From Salinispira sp. (GTDB taxonomy: Bacteria > Spirochaetota > Spirochaetia > DSM-27196 > Salinispiraceae), in contig OZ271918.1 in NCBI GenBank assembly GCA_965602015.1, positions 3,168,001-3,232,000 of the forward strand: 64,000 bases of DNA, read 5' to 3'. Positions 17,696-27,510 of this stretch are shown here, piece after piece. The notes beneath the pieces are model-generated. The model was not told where the DNA came from. It saw only the letters and a list, made by a program, of their open reading frames with translations, and ran no database searches. Made by a program: the position numbers and the translations under genes. The first letter of the stretch is position 1. Every line of letters starts with the position of its first letter.

Positions 17696-18859
17696 ATGAA
17701 TGCACAAACAGGAAAACAGAGGAAAAGAATCATCGCTATTATCCTCATACTAGTTATTGTGATTGCTTCGGCGGGGACCGCAGCGGCAATCCGCACCCGC
17801 GCAGCAAGACAAACCCCGGATCTTTCAGAGGCAGTGACATACACCGTTACCCGGCTTTCCCATTCCCAGACTATTGAGGCCAGCGGGAACATAGAGGCGG
17901 TGCGGTCACAGGATGCCCAGTTCCGCAGCGCGGGACGTATTGAAGAGATCATGGTAGAAATCGGTCAAGAAGTGGAAGGAAATCAGCTTCTGGCACAACT
18001 CGATGATGACCGCCTGCGCTATGAACTGGCGCAGATCGACTATTCAATTTCCCAAAGCCGCAGCAGCGCAAGCCCCCGGGAGCTCGAGCTTCTGAACATG
18101 CAGCGCAGTCTGAAACTTGAAGAACTCGATGACAGCCAGCTGCGGGCGGAGTTTTCCGGAATCGTATCAGCTGTCCATGCTGAAATAGGAGATACCGCCA
18201 CCCAGGGCAGCCCGATTATGCGGATTATCGATGTTTCGCAAATGACTGCTATCGTAGCCATAGATGAAATCGATGCGCCGTTTATTCGGGAGGGCCAGCG
18301 GGTTGAGTTCATTTTCGATGCCTACCCTGAGGTCCGGTACAACGGGTACGTCTCCGGTATTCCCCGGGAAGCCCGGATAACCGCAAATGGCATAGCCGTC
18401 CTCGATGTGGAGCTCATGCTCAGCAATCCCGACGCTTCCCTAAAGCCGGCCTTCACATTCACCGCAGAGATTTTTGTCAGCGACGCAGAGGATATCTTGG
18501 TTATCGATAAAAACGCCGTCATGAGCCAGGCTGCGGCGGCGGGCATGGGCCTCGCACTGAGGGTTCCAGCCGAGGAAGACGAAAGACCTCAGCCGGTCAG
18601 GGTGCAGTTCGAAGAATATGACAACGATCGTTACCGGGTCATCGCCGGACTGTCCGAGGCGGATGTACTGTTATCACCTCAGTCCCTTGCCAGCGGGGAG
18701 CGCCGCCTGCAAGCCGGAGGTCTTCTGCCTCCCGGAGCAGGCAGGGCATTCGGAGACCGGCCCATTGCTCCAACGGGAGCGGCGCCGGGAGCTCGACCCG
18801 AGGGAGCAGCGGGATCCGCCGGATCGGTTCGCGGCGGGGCAGCCGGAGGGGGCAACTGA
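17696..18859 (+). CDS. MacA-like periplasmic adaptor (MFP)
   Basis: N-terminal TM, GRIEEIMVEIGQEV..NQLLAQLD, AEFSGIVS lipoyl half-motifs, IDEIDAPFIREGQ. Confidence 0.92.
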   Translation: MNAQTGKQRKRIIAIILILVIVIASAGTAAAIRTRAARQTPDLSEAVTYTVTRLSHSQTIEASGNIEAVRSQDAQFRSAGRIEEIMVEIGQEVEGNQLLAQLDDDRLRYELAQIDYSISQSRSSASPRELELLNMQRSLKLEELDDSQLRAEFSGIVSAVHAEIGDTATQGSPIMRIIDVSQMTAIVAIDEIDAPFIREGQRVEFIFDAYPEVRYNGYVSGIPREARITANGIAVLDVELMLSNPDASLKPAFTFTAEIFVSDAEDILVIDKNAVMSQAAAAGMGLALRVPAEEDERPQPVRVQFEEYDNDRYRVIAGLSEADVLLSPQSLASGERRLQAGGLLPPGAGRAFGDRPIAPTGAAPGARPEGAAGSAGSVRGGAAGGGN

Positions 18860-19536
18860 TGGAGGCGGTAATCCGTACAATCAGCCTGAAGCGGCATTAC
18901 GCCATGGGCGATTCGCTGGTCAAGGCCCTGGACGGTGTTTCAATGGAAATCCGCTCCGGGGAGATGGTTTCGGTTATAGGACCCTCGGGTTCAGGAAAAT
19001 CCACGCTTATGCATTTGATTGGCTGCCTCGACAGCCCCAGCGAGGGCAGCATTTTTATCGATGAAGAGGATATCAGCGACTTCGGAGAGAAGCAGCTGGC
19101 GGAGATCCGGAACCGCAAGATCGGATTCGTGTTTCAACAGTTCAATCTGCTCTCGAAAACAAGCATACTCGACAATGTTTCGACCCCGCTAATGTACGCC
19201 GGGGTTCCCGCCTCGCAGCGGCGCAGACGGGCTGAGGAAGCCCTGGTCCGGGTAGGTCTGGCGGACCGCATTCACCACCGTCCGAATGAATTATCAGGAG
19301 GTCAGCGACAGCGGGCGGCCATTGCCAGGGCCCTGGTTACCCGGCCAAGCCTCATCTTGGCAGATGAACCGACCGGCGCCCTGGACACCAAAACCGGCGC
19401 CCAAATTATCCGCTTATTCCACGAGCTGCACGCCGAGGGCAATAGCTTCCTCATCGTCACCCATGATCCCGAAGTCAGCGCGGAATGCCAGAGGACCATT
19501 CGCCTGAGAGACGGCCTGGTCGAAGGAGCAGCCTGA
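18859..19536 (+). CDS. MacB/LolD-type ABC transporter ATP-binding protein
   Basis: GPSGSGKST, IGFVFQQFNLL, LSGGQRQR, LADEPTGALD, VTHD. Confidence 0.96.
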   Translation: MEAVIRTISLKRHYAMGDSLVKALDGVSMEIRSGEMVSVIGPSGSGKSTLMHLIGCLDSPSEGSIFIDEEDISDFGEKQLAEIRNRKIGFVFQQFNLLSKTSILDNVSTPLMYAGVPASQRRRRAEEALVRVGLADRIHHRPNELSGGQRQRAAIARALVTRPSLILADEPTGALDTKTGAQIIRLFHELHAEGNSFLIVTHDPEVSAECQRTIRLRDGLVEGAA

Positions 19537-20723
19537 TGTTCATAGAAAACCTTCGCCTCGCCCTGCAGAGCTTCTTTACCAACAAAATGCGCACCCTGCT
19601 GTCGGTTCTCGGCATCGTCATTGGGGTCGCATCGGTAATAGCTGTAACGTCCCTTGGCAACAGCGCAACCCAGACTATTCAGCGGCAAATCGCATCGACG
19701 GGTCTGGAGAGCATAACGGTAATGCCCCGGGGCTTCAGCCGCGACGTGGAGACGAACTTCACCGTCGAACTTGCCCAGTCAATAATGGAAAATGTGGACG
19801 GCATTGAGTACGCCGTTCCGATGAACAGCGCCGGAGTCTACATTCGCGCAGGCCGGAATTCCTGGAGCGGCAGCGCCAACGCCGTTTTCCCGGAGTACGC
19901 TGAGGTGTTCGATTACCAGGTTTCCCAAGGAAGCTTCATCAGTCCGGAAATGAACAGCAGTGCGGATATGTCTCTGGTTCTGGGGAGCGAGGTGGCGGAA
20001 GAGCTCTTTCCAGACGGCGATGCCATAGGGCGCTATGTGCGGGTGTTTGCCGGTAACTCGAGCCGCAGTTTCAGGGTGGTCGGCGTTATGGCTACCCGCA
20101 CTGCAAGTTTCGGCCAATCTTTTGACTCAGTGGTGTACCTTCCCTATAACAGCTACGCCCAGAGGGTGAGCGGCTCCGAACAGGTCGGCAGTTACGCCCT
20201 TGGAACCCTTGAGGGCGCCGATGTGCTGGCCATCGCCGATGAGCTTGAATCGTTTCTGACAATCAGGCTCGGCGAGGACAGCTTTCGCATTTTGAGTCCC
20301 GCGACCATAGCCGAAGCGGCCAGTTCGATCACCGAAACCCTCCAGCTCGTGTTGGCGGGAATCGCCGCCATATCCCTGTTAGTAGGGGGCATAGGGATAA
20401 TGAATATTATGCTGGTAGCCGTCGCCGAACGGACAAGGGAAATCGGAATCCGGAAGGCGCTTGGAGCCACGCCGGGCTATATCCGCGGTCAATTCCTGGT
20501 CGAATCCGCAAGCCTGACCCTGATTGGGGGAATCATCGGCTTGCTGCTCGGACTTGGGGTCTCTATCGCAGCGGTTGGGGCCTTCGGTTGGGAATTTATT
20601 CCAAGTTCCACTGCGATTCTCCTGTCGGTGTTGTTTTCCGCGGGAATAGGCATTTTTTTCGGCTACTATCCGGCCCACCGTGCAAGCACCCTCGATCCGA
20701 TAATTGCGTTAAACTATGAATAA
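19536..20723 (+). CDS. MacB-type ABC transporter permease
   Basis: RTLLSVLGIVIGVASVI, GGIGIMNIMLVAVAERTREIGIRKALGA, YPAHRASTLDPI. ATG overlaps the upstream TGA. Confidence 0.95.
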   Translation: MFIENLRLALQSFFTNKMRTLLSVLGIVIGVASVIAVTSLGNSATQTIQRQIASTGLESITVMPRGFSRDVETNFTVELAQSIMENVDGIEYAVPMNSAGVYIRAGRNSWSGSANAVFPEYAEVFDYQVSQGSFISPEMNSSADMSLVLGSEVAEELFPDGDAIGRYVRVFAGNSSRSFRVVGVMATRTASFGQSFDSVVYLPYNSYAQRVSGSEQVGSYALGTLEGADVLAIADELESFLTIRLGEDSFRILSPATIAEAASSITETLQLVLAGIAAISLLVGGIGIMNIMLVAVAERTREIGIRKALGATPGYIRGQFLVESASLTLIGGIIGLLLGLGVSIAAVGAFGWEFIPSSTAILLSVLFSAGIGIFFGYYPAHRASTLDPIIALNYE

Positions 20724-22104
20724 TATGAAACAAGCCGCGCAAGCCGGACCCCAGAGGGGTAGAATCGCCACAATCCTCGTCGGCGCATACCTGCTGCTCA
20801 GTATGCTGCTGTTTATCGTTTTCGACGGTGCCCAGAGACGCAGCGCCCTTCTGGACAGACTGCTTTTCGAACAGGAGATTGGAAGAATTCTCTCGATGAC
20901 CCGATTGGTTCCTCTGTTTCAGGGAAACATCGATCTTGAAAATATAAACATGTATTCGCCCATAGAGATATTAGGCGCAGGGTTCTATGATGATGCGGGG
21001 GAGCTTATCTATGGCATGGGTGAACATCCCCTGAACGCGGTCAGACCCAGGAACGAAGAGACGGAATTTCGCCGCGTCGGCAGCTCCAATGTATTTGAGT
21101 ATTACCGCTCGTTCGCAGATCGCGATATTCCCGGCGGAAACCTTCGTCTTTTGCTACCGGGCTTCCGCCCGAGGACCCCTGAAATCCCGGAATCTCAGGC
21201 GGGGAGCGATAACCGGCGCCCGGGCCTCAGCGCTGCAGAAGGGCTCCCGGGAAATGTACCGGATTCGGTATATCTTTTGGCAAGAATCTCTGAACCGGGT
21301 CCGGGCTACAACCAATTATGGCTTCTCTACGCAGTTCTCGAGATCATTCTCGGAATCCTGTTCGCCGTCTTCGGGCGAATGTATTACCGAAATCACCAAT
21401 ATCGGATGCAAATCGAAGCTCAGCGTCAGCTTGTGCATCTCGGTCAGGCAGCCAGAACACTCACTCATGAAATAAAAAACCCCTTGAGCGCCATCGGTCT
21501 CAGAGTTAATCTTCTTCGAAAACGCGGTGTCGACGAAACCCGGGAAGACCTGGATGTCATCCAGGAAGAGCTGGATAGACTAAATGAGCTCAGCAGCCGC
21601 ATCAGGGAATTTCTCAAAAACCCTGCGGGAAATCCTGAGCTAGTTGATCTAGGGGATTTCACCAGAGAGTTAGTCAAACGCTTTCCTATGGCAAGCCTGG
21701 TAGTAAACCGGCCCGATGAAAACAGCCCGTACCTCATATCCGCCGACCCCGCCAGACTGCGTTCAATTATCGAAAACCTCATGCTCAACGCCCAGGAATC
21801 GCAGCGGGATTCTACGGTGGAGGTCGAACTCACGAGGCAGAGAAACGCCATAGTATTGTCGGTTTTGGACCGGGGACCGGGAATCAGCGGGGACATACAA
21901 GAACGGATTTTCGAACCGTTTTTTACTACGAAAACCACCGGTTCGGGAATCGGACTGGCTATTTCGCGGCAGTTCGCCAGGGCTGTTGACGGGGATCTGC
22001 GATATCATCCGAGGGAGGGAGGCGGGAGCGAGTTCCGCCTGCGGTTTCCCGCCGTCAACGCACATACAGCTATCCGGAGGCCCGACGACGTGAGGAAGGC
22101 ATGA
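20716..22104 (+). CDS. Membrane sensor histidine kinase
   Basis: Two TM helices, HEIKNPL H-box, NLMLNA, DRGPGI, FEPFFTTK, GSGIGL. Confidence 0.95.
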   Translation: MNNMKQAAQAGPQRGRIATILVGAYLLLSMLLFIVFDGAQRRSALLDRLLFEQEIGRILSMTRLVPLFQGNIDLENINMYSPIEILGAGFYDDAGELIYGMGEHPLNAVRPRNEETEFRRVGSSNVFEYYRSFADRDIPGGNLRLLLPGFRPRTPEIPESQAGSDNRRPGLSAAEGLPGNVPDSVYLLARISEPGPGYNQLWLLYAVLEIILGILFAVFGRMYYRNHQYRMQIEAQRQLVHLGQAARTLTHEIKNPLSAIGLRVNLLRKRGVDETREDLDVIQEELDRLNELSSRIREFLKNPAGNPELVDLGDFTRELVKRFPMASLVVNRPDENSPYLISADPARLRSIIENLMLNAQESQRDSTVEVELTRQRNAIVLSVLDRGPGISGDIQERIFEPFFTTKTTGSGIGLAISRQFARAVDGDLRYHPREGGGSEFRLRFPAVNAHTAIRRPDDVRKA

Positions 22105-22105
22105 C

Positions 22106-23542
22106 ATGAAAATCCTAATCGTAGACGATGAGAAAAACATACGGGATTCCCTTGCCCAACTTTTGGAAATCGAAGGGTATTCCGCCGATAAAGCGGATCA
22201 CGCAATCAGCGCCCGCGAACTGCTTAGCAGCGTCACATACTCCTGTGTCCTCCTCGATCTAAGGATGCCCGACATCGACGGTCTGGAACTTCTCGCTTGG
22301 ATAGTCGAGCGCGGCATAACGGCGCCGGTGATGATGATGTCGGCTCACGGGGAAATCTCCGACGCAGTCAAAGCCCTGCAAATCGGCGCCCGGGATTATA
22401 TGGTTAAGCCATTTGATTTTGAAGAACTTTTGCTGCGCATTCAACGGGTCATCGAGTTTCACGTACTGGAAAACCAGATAAGGGCGGGAAAGTTCGCTTA
22501 CCTGGAGAAGTTCCCGTCGGATCGGGAAATAGATTTGTCCAGGGAACTCAGCCCTAAAATGCTTGAAATCCGAACCATGGTTCGCAAGGCGGCCCCTACC
22601 GAATCAACGGTGCTCATAACCGGCGAAAGCGGGACAGGCAAGGAAGTGATTGCCCGCTCCATCCACACAATGAGTTCCCGTGCCGAGGGGCCATTCGTGC
22701 CGGTAAATATCGCCGGCATCCCCGAATCCCTACTGGAAAGCGAGCTCTTCGGCTATGAGAAAGGCGCTTTTACCGGCGCTGAAACACGGAGACCGGGGAT
22801 TTTTGAAGCGGCGGAAGGGGGAACCGTATTCCTGGACGAGATCGGAGAAATGCCTCCCATGCTTCAGGCGAAGCTGCTGAGGGTGCTGCAGGAGAGAAAA
22901 ATTCGCCGGATAGGTTCTACTCACGAGCTGGCGGTGGATATCAGAATTCTTGCGGCGACGAATCGGGACCTTGAAGCCATGGTACAGCAGTCCGAGTTCC
23001 GCGAGGATCTTTTCTATCGCCTCAACGTTGTGAGAATCTCCTTGCCGCCCCTGCGGGAGCGCTCCAGGGAAATACCAGGGCTCATCGGTTCTCTTCTGGT
23101 AAAAATCTGCGGAAAACTCGGACGGCCAATCCCCGAAATCGAACAAGGCGCTATAGACAGACTCATGGCATACGATTATCCCGGTAACATCCGCGAACTG
23201 GAAAACCTTCTCGAGCGGGCGCTGATTCTCAGTGAAGGCGGCAATATAGGCCCGGCGGATTTCCCCGGATTGCCCCATCCCTCGAAGCCCGTGTCGTACG
23301 CTTCTTCCACAAAACCACATCGCTATGTCTCGCCGGAGGACGGCCGAACCGGTACCCCGGTCCGGCACAACGAGAACGGAGTTTTCGAAGGCAGCCTGAA
23401 AGATGTGGAGCGAAGGGCAATAGCCTATGCGCTGGAGAAAAACCGGGGCAACCGAAGTCACAGCGCGTCGGATCTTGGAATTAGCAGGAAAACCCTTATC
23501 GCCAAAATCCGGGAATACGGGCTCGAAAATATCGGTGGATAG
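22106..23542 (+). CDS. NtrC/AtoC-family sigma54-dependent response regulator
   Basis: REC domain (DD, DLRMP, KP), GESGTGKE, intact GAFTGA, FLDEIGE, PGNIRELEN, Fis-type HTH. Confidence 0.96.
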   Translation: MKILIVDDEKNIRDSLAQLLEIEGYSADKADHAISARELLSSVTYSCVLLDLRMPDIDGLELLAWIVERGITAPVMMMSAHGEISDAVKALQIGARDYMVKPFDFEELLLRIQRVIEFHVLENQIRAGKFAYLEKFPSDREIDLSRELSPKMLEIRTMVRKAAPTESTVLITGESGTGKEVIARSIHTMSSRAEGPFVPVNIAGIPESLLESELFGYEKGAFTGAETRRPGIFEAAEGGTVFLDEIGEMPPMLQAKLLRVLQERKIRRIGSTHELAVDIRILAATNRDLEAMVQQSEFREDLFYRLNVVRISLPPLRERSREIPGLIGSLLVKICGKLGRPIPEIEQGAIDRLMAYDYPGNIRELENLLERALILSEGGNIGPADFPGLPHPSKPVSYASSTKPHRYVSPEDGRTGTPVRHNENGVFEGSLKDVERRAIAYALEKNRGNRSHSASDLGISRKTLIAKIREYGLENIGG

Positions 23543-23543
23543 G

Positions 23544-24548
23544 CTATACCACGTCTTTAAACATGGTGTCCGCCCGGTTCACCACATCTTCATAGGACAT
23601 GTTCGACACCTCCACCACATCGCCCCGAATCTGCACGCCCTTATCGAGAAAGGCCGGTTCGAAAAGGTCAGGTTCGTCGGAAATTCGCCGAACGTATTCC
23701 GCGCCGTCGGCCTGTGACGACCCGGGCAGCACGCACAAGAACCCGTTCACATGCACCCTTCCGATGTAGTCGTACAGCCGGCTCTTGTTTCTGATGATAT
23801 AGGCGACTTTCTTCAACAGGACTTCACCTGAGTGATGGCCAAGAGTCCTGACGGCCTGGGAATAATTCGCTACGCTGAGCACCACTACCGCCAAGTCGCT
23901 GCGTTCCCGGCTGCAGCGCAGCTGTTCGGCCTTGAGGAGCTCAAGAATACGTTTGCGGTTGTACAAACCGGTAAGACTGTCCTGGGTCTTTGACTTTTCG
24001 AGTTCGCTTTCCAGGTTCGCGATGCGGTTATGAAGCACCCGGACTATGGCGATCATCATGATGCCGGTAAAAAGAATATTAAAGATAAAGTCGAACTGCC
24101 GCTCATAGGCGAATGCATACTGCCTGTTAAGTTCAAAACCCTCAGGCTCCCAGAAAATTAGAAATACCACCAGGGCCAGGAATAGTCCGGTCGAAGGAAT
24201 GAGCACGGCCATCCGGTCGATCAGGATGACCATCATAGCCAGAATGAGCAGGAAGTACAGAACCACCGGCCCCTCGAATCCGTGACCCGAAATCCATATG
24301 GCGGGGAAGAGCACAAAGCTGTAGAGGAAGACGGTCAGACCCCTCAGGACGCCGTCACGGGCAAGCACCCGCGACAGAAAAAGCATAATCACTGAAATCA
24401 GCGACCAGACCAGGGGAAGAATGACGGTTATCAGCACATCGCCCTGCATCAGTTCAAGCAAGGCTATAACAACGCCTCCAAAACCGCCGAAGGCGAGGAG
24501 GACCTGTAGGAGAAAGGATGGTTTCCTGTGGCGAGGCTCAAGCTGCAT
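23544..24548 (-). CDS. Membrane protein with degenerate GGDEF domain (intact RxxD I-site)
   Basis: About six TM helices, DSLTGLYNR, and RLYDYIGRVHVNGF in place of RxxDxxxRxGGEEF. Confidence 0.85.
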   Translation of the reverse strand: MQLEPRHRKPSFLLQVLLAFGGFGGVVIALLELMQGDVLITVILPLVWSLISVIMLFLSRVLARDGVLRGLTVFLYSFVLFPAIWISGHGFEGPVVLYFLLILAMMVILIDRMAVLIPSTGLFLALVVFLIFWEPEGFELNRQYAFAYERQFDFIFNILFTGIMMIAIVRVLHNRIANLESELEKSKTQDSLTGLYNRKRILELLKAEQLRCSRERSDLAVVVLSVANYSQAVRTLGHHSGEVLLKKVAYIIRNKSRLYDYIGRVHVNGFLCVLPGSSQADGAEYVRRISDEPDLFEPAFLDKGVQIRGDVVEVSNMSYEDVVNRADTMFKDVV

Positions 24549-24603
24549 GTCGTATTGATAATATCACCAAAACCATGGCTTTCACATAAATATCATCAAT
24601 TTT

Positions 24604-24639
24604 AAAAAAAGGGGCTGTCCAAACTTCCTGGACAGCCCC
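24604..24639 (-). terminator. Intrinsic terminator after pullulanase
   Basis: GGGGCTGTCCA/TGGACAGCCCC hairpin plus T7 on the minus strand. Confidence 0.88.
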
Positions 24640-24661
24640 GTTGTGAGAATGTGTTTACTGC

Positions 24662-27448
24662 TTAGCGAACTACCAAGAGTGCGGGTGTGAGGGGCTCGAG
24701 GGTTACCGAGCTTCCGTTGATTTCTACACCTCTGACATTGGCAATGCCGTCTGCCGAAGCGCCAATCTGGTCCACCAGTACTTGGGCGCCGCTGACATCA
24801 GCGCCGAGCTCGAGAGTCTGTGAGCTCGTATCGGCGTTCACCAGGATGTAGAAGGTCTCTCCGCCCCTGGTGAGGCTGTATGAAAGCAGGAAGTCGCCGC
24901 TTTGGGGAATGAATTCCGCCGCCGCATCTACTTCCGCCATGGTCGCCAGCCGGAAAATATCATTTTCCCTGCGGATATCGATGAGTCCGAAGGTAAACTC
25001 CCGAAGCTCCTCGTATTCCGGAGCAAGGTCCCAGATGAACTGGTTGATATTATCGGAGGAGTCATAGCTGTTGCGCACAAATCGGCCGATGGTCTCGCTC
25101 GGGCTGTTGTTTACGTTGGGTTTCGTTCTGCCGCTTTCCTGGCCGGCATGGATGAACGGAATACCTTGAGCGGTGATGATCATAAAATTACCCAGCTTTG
25201 CCCGCTGCGCGATTTCCCTGCGGCCCGCGGAGGTTTGGTTGCTGATGCCCACATTATGGGCGATGCTGTCCGCCAGGGTAAGACCGTCGTGCGCTGCAAT
25301 GTACAGCATGCTGTCGCCAGGATCGTCGGCGGTGTAGTTGCTCTGAGGCTGTCCGATGAGGTTGCGGAAGATCGGCATTGCCGCCCGGGAACCGCCGGTA
25401 ATAAAGGCCTGGGTTTCCTCGTTGAATCCGCCGCCCTTGAGCAGGTCGCGGATTTCGTCGTTAAACACCGCAATGTTGTCAGTGTCGGTCATGTAATCCT
25501 GATCGGTACCCCGGGTTCCCGAAGGCCCGTTGTACATCTTCCACCCCTCGCCCTCGAAGAGCACGTCGGGCTTAATGGCAGCGGCGACGGCATATGCCTC
25601 TTCCATGGTTTCGGTATCGGTGAGTCCCATGAGGTCGAAGCGGAAACCGTCGATCTTGTACTCGGAAACCAGATAGCGAACGCTGTCTACGATAAGCTTG
25701 CGGGCCATTTTCCGCGCCGAGGCATAGTCGTTGCCGACGCCGGATGCGGAGGTAAAGGTACCGTTTGCCGCTCGACGGAAGAAGTATCCGGGAACTATGT
25801 GCTCGAGGAAGTTGGTGCTGCCCATGTGATTATACACAACATCAAGCAGAACCCGCAGGCCCGCATCGTGAGCGGCTTTGACCAGGTTCTTAAGCTCTAC
25901 AACCCGCGCATAGGGATCGGCGGGGTCAGAGGAAAACCAGCCTTCCGGGGTGAAGTAGCTGTGGGGGTCGTAACCCCAGTTGTAATTGCTGTTGGTGGTG
26001 CGGCCGCTTCCGTCATAGGATTTGTCGGTCTCATCGGTGTAGTAGAAATTCAGGGTCGGAAGAAGCTGAATGTGGGTCACGCCCATTTCGACCAGATAGG
26101 GCAGTTTTTCAATAAAGGCGGTGTAGCTGCCCGGCTCGCCTTGAACATCGGCGTCGGGGCTGATGGTAAAGTCACGGATGCTCACTTCGTAAATAACCGC
26201 ATCTTCCCGTTTCTGGTAGTAGCCGTTGTCCCGGGCGTTTTCAAGGCCTTCCCATCCGCCGGTGGGCAGAGCTCTGGCGGGATCGATGATTGCGCCGCGG
26301 CCGTTTCCACCCTCATTCATATAGGCGTCCATACTGAGCGCATAGGGATCAAGGGCATCGCGGACGATTCCCTCGGCATGCTTGATTCGGTAGATGTAGA
26401 ACAGTCCGTCGGGATCCTGCTCATCGTACACCGCCGACCATACGCCGGTATCGGCATCCATGGTCATGGGAACTTCCGCAATAGCGGGAGTGTTCCGGTC
26501 AACGGCAATACTCTCGGCGTACAGAACCGCAGTGATTTCCTGAGCGAAGGGAGACCAGACGCGGAACTCAACCGAACCCTCGTTGTAGATGGCACCGAGC
26601 TGATAGTCCTTGTCGGGCGTGGTATCGTCGATGGCGGACAACAGCAGCTTCGCCAGATCAACATCCTCGGGAGCCAGGTACTCGGGATGGCTGATAGTGT
26701 AGGTCTGCCCCAGGTCAAGATCGTTTGCCAGGCGGACGAAGATGTTCGAGGTGTAGTTCTTCGAGCGGTCGTTGATGGATCGCATGTTGAGAACGTCGGC
26801 GATTTCCACAGTGCTGCCGTCTCCGGCGGTAATCACGAAGCCGTTTGCGCTGGGTTCGGGTGTCAGGGCCTGACGGCCGGAAAGACTGACCCGCAGCAGA
26901 TTGGTTTCTTCAGCGATGACTGCCCGGAATTCCGGCACGTAGTCGCCGATTGCGGTGGGCTCAAGGGTATCTTCGAAAAGGACGACTTCGTTACCCTTGG
27001 TGAGCACGTTCCAAAGCAGGTCAGGAGTCTGACCTTCCCAGCCGGAATCAGGACGGCGGATAAAGCCGATCTCGCCGGCGGTGTTTACCGGATTTTGTCC
27101 GATATCCGACCCGTCGGCCTTGAACTTGAGGAAACCGACCCCGTCGATAACCTCCAGGTTCTGGCTGAAGTCGTAGTTCAGAGAACCGTCGCCTTCACCG
27201 GGCGCCCAGAGCCAAAAACCCCAGGGCTCGTAGTCTTCATCGGCCCGGTAGTAGTAGATGACGATTTCATCGTCGGCAGGATTGACCTGTTCGGCCACTG
27301 CCGCAACTCGAGGCATCGCGGGATGCCCTTTGACTTCAATGGTGCCTGGTTCGGCCTGGAGCTCACCGGAAACGTTTCCAGTTGCACATGAGGCCAGAAC
27401 CAGTAAAAGGACGAGCAGCGCGCCGGCTGCTGCGGACCATTTACGCAT
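24662..27448 (-). CDS. pulA: Type I pullulanase lipoprotein (GH13, N-terminal CBM41-like domain)
   Basis: Lipobox LASC, YNWGYDP, DVVYNH, GFRFDLMG, GEGW, AHD, NSYDSSD. Confidence 0.92.
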   Translation of the reverse strand: MRKWSAAAGALLVLLLVLASCATGNVSGELQAEPGTIEVKGHPAMPRVAAVAEQVNPADDEIVIYYYRADEDYEPWGFWLWAPGEGDGSLNYDFSQNLEVIDGVGFLKFKADGSDIGQNPVNTAGEIGFIRRPDSGWEGQTPDLLWNVLTKGNEVVLFEDTLEPTAIGDYVPEFRAVIAEETNLLRVSLSGRQALTPEPSANGFVITAGDGSTVEIADVLNMRSINDRSKNYTSNIFVRLANDLDLGQTYTISHPEYLAPEDVDLAKLLLSAIDDTTPDKDYQLGAIYNEGSVEFRVWSPFAQEITAVLYAESIAVDRNTPAIAEVPMTMDADTGVWSAVYDEQDPDGLFYIYRIKHAEGIVRDALDPYALSMDAYMNEGGNGRGAIIDPARALPTGGWEGLENARDNGYYQKREDAVIYEVSIRDFTISPDADVQGEPGSYTAFIEKLPYLVEMGVTHIQLLPTLNFYYTDETDKSYDGSGRTTNSNYNWGYDPHSYFTPEGWFSSDPADPYARVVELKNLVKAAHDAGLRVLLDVVYNHMGSTNFLEHIVPGYFFRRAANGTFTSASGVGNDYASARKMARKLIVDSVRYLVSEYKIDGFRFDLMGLTDTETMEEAYAVAAAIKPDVLFEGEGWKMYNGPSGTRGTDQDYMTDTDNIAVFNDEIRDLLKGGGFNEETQAFITGGSRAAMPIFRNLIGQPQSNYTADDPGDSMLYIAAHDGLTLADSIAHNVGISNQTSAGRREIAQRAKLGNFMIITAQGIPFIHAGQESGRTKPNVNNSPSETIGRFVRNSYDSSDNINQFIWDLAPEYEELREFTFGLIDIRRENDIFRLATMAEVDAAAEFIPQSGDFLLSYSLTRGGETFYILVNADTSSQTLELGADVSGAQVLVDQIGASADGIANVRGVEINGSSVTLEPLTPALLVVR
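27368..27379. promoter_or_regulatory. Intragenic LacI-type operator in pullulanase 5' coding region
   Basis: Perfect GGAAACGTTTCC about 70 bp downstream of the ATG, identical to the core at 40991 and 53577. Confidence 0.6.
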
Positions 27449-27510
27449 ATATTACCCCCATAATATAATTCTGAGTAAGCCATGATAGGGTGATTATTTT
27501 CTGAGGTCAA

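Noticed and set aside
24902..27391. 829-aa antisense ORF opposite pullulanase
   Set aside because: It mirrors a strongly codon-biased gene in register, has no motifs, and has the V/G/D/H-rich composition typical of shadow ORFs.
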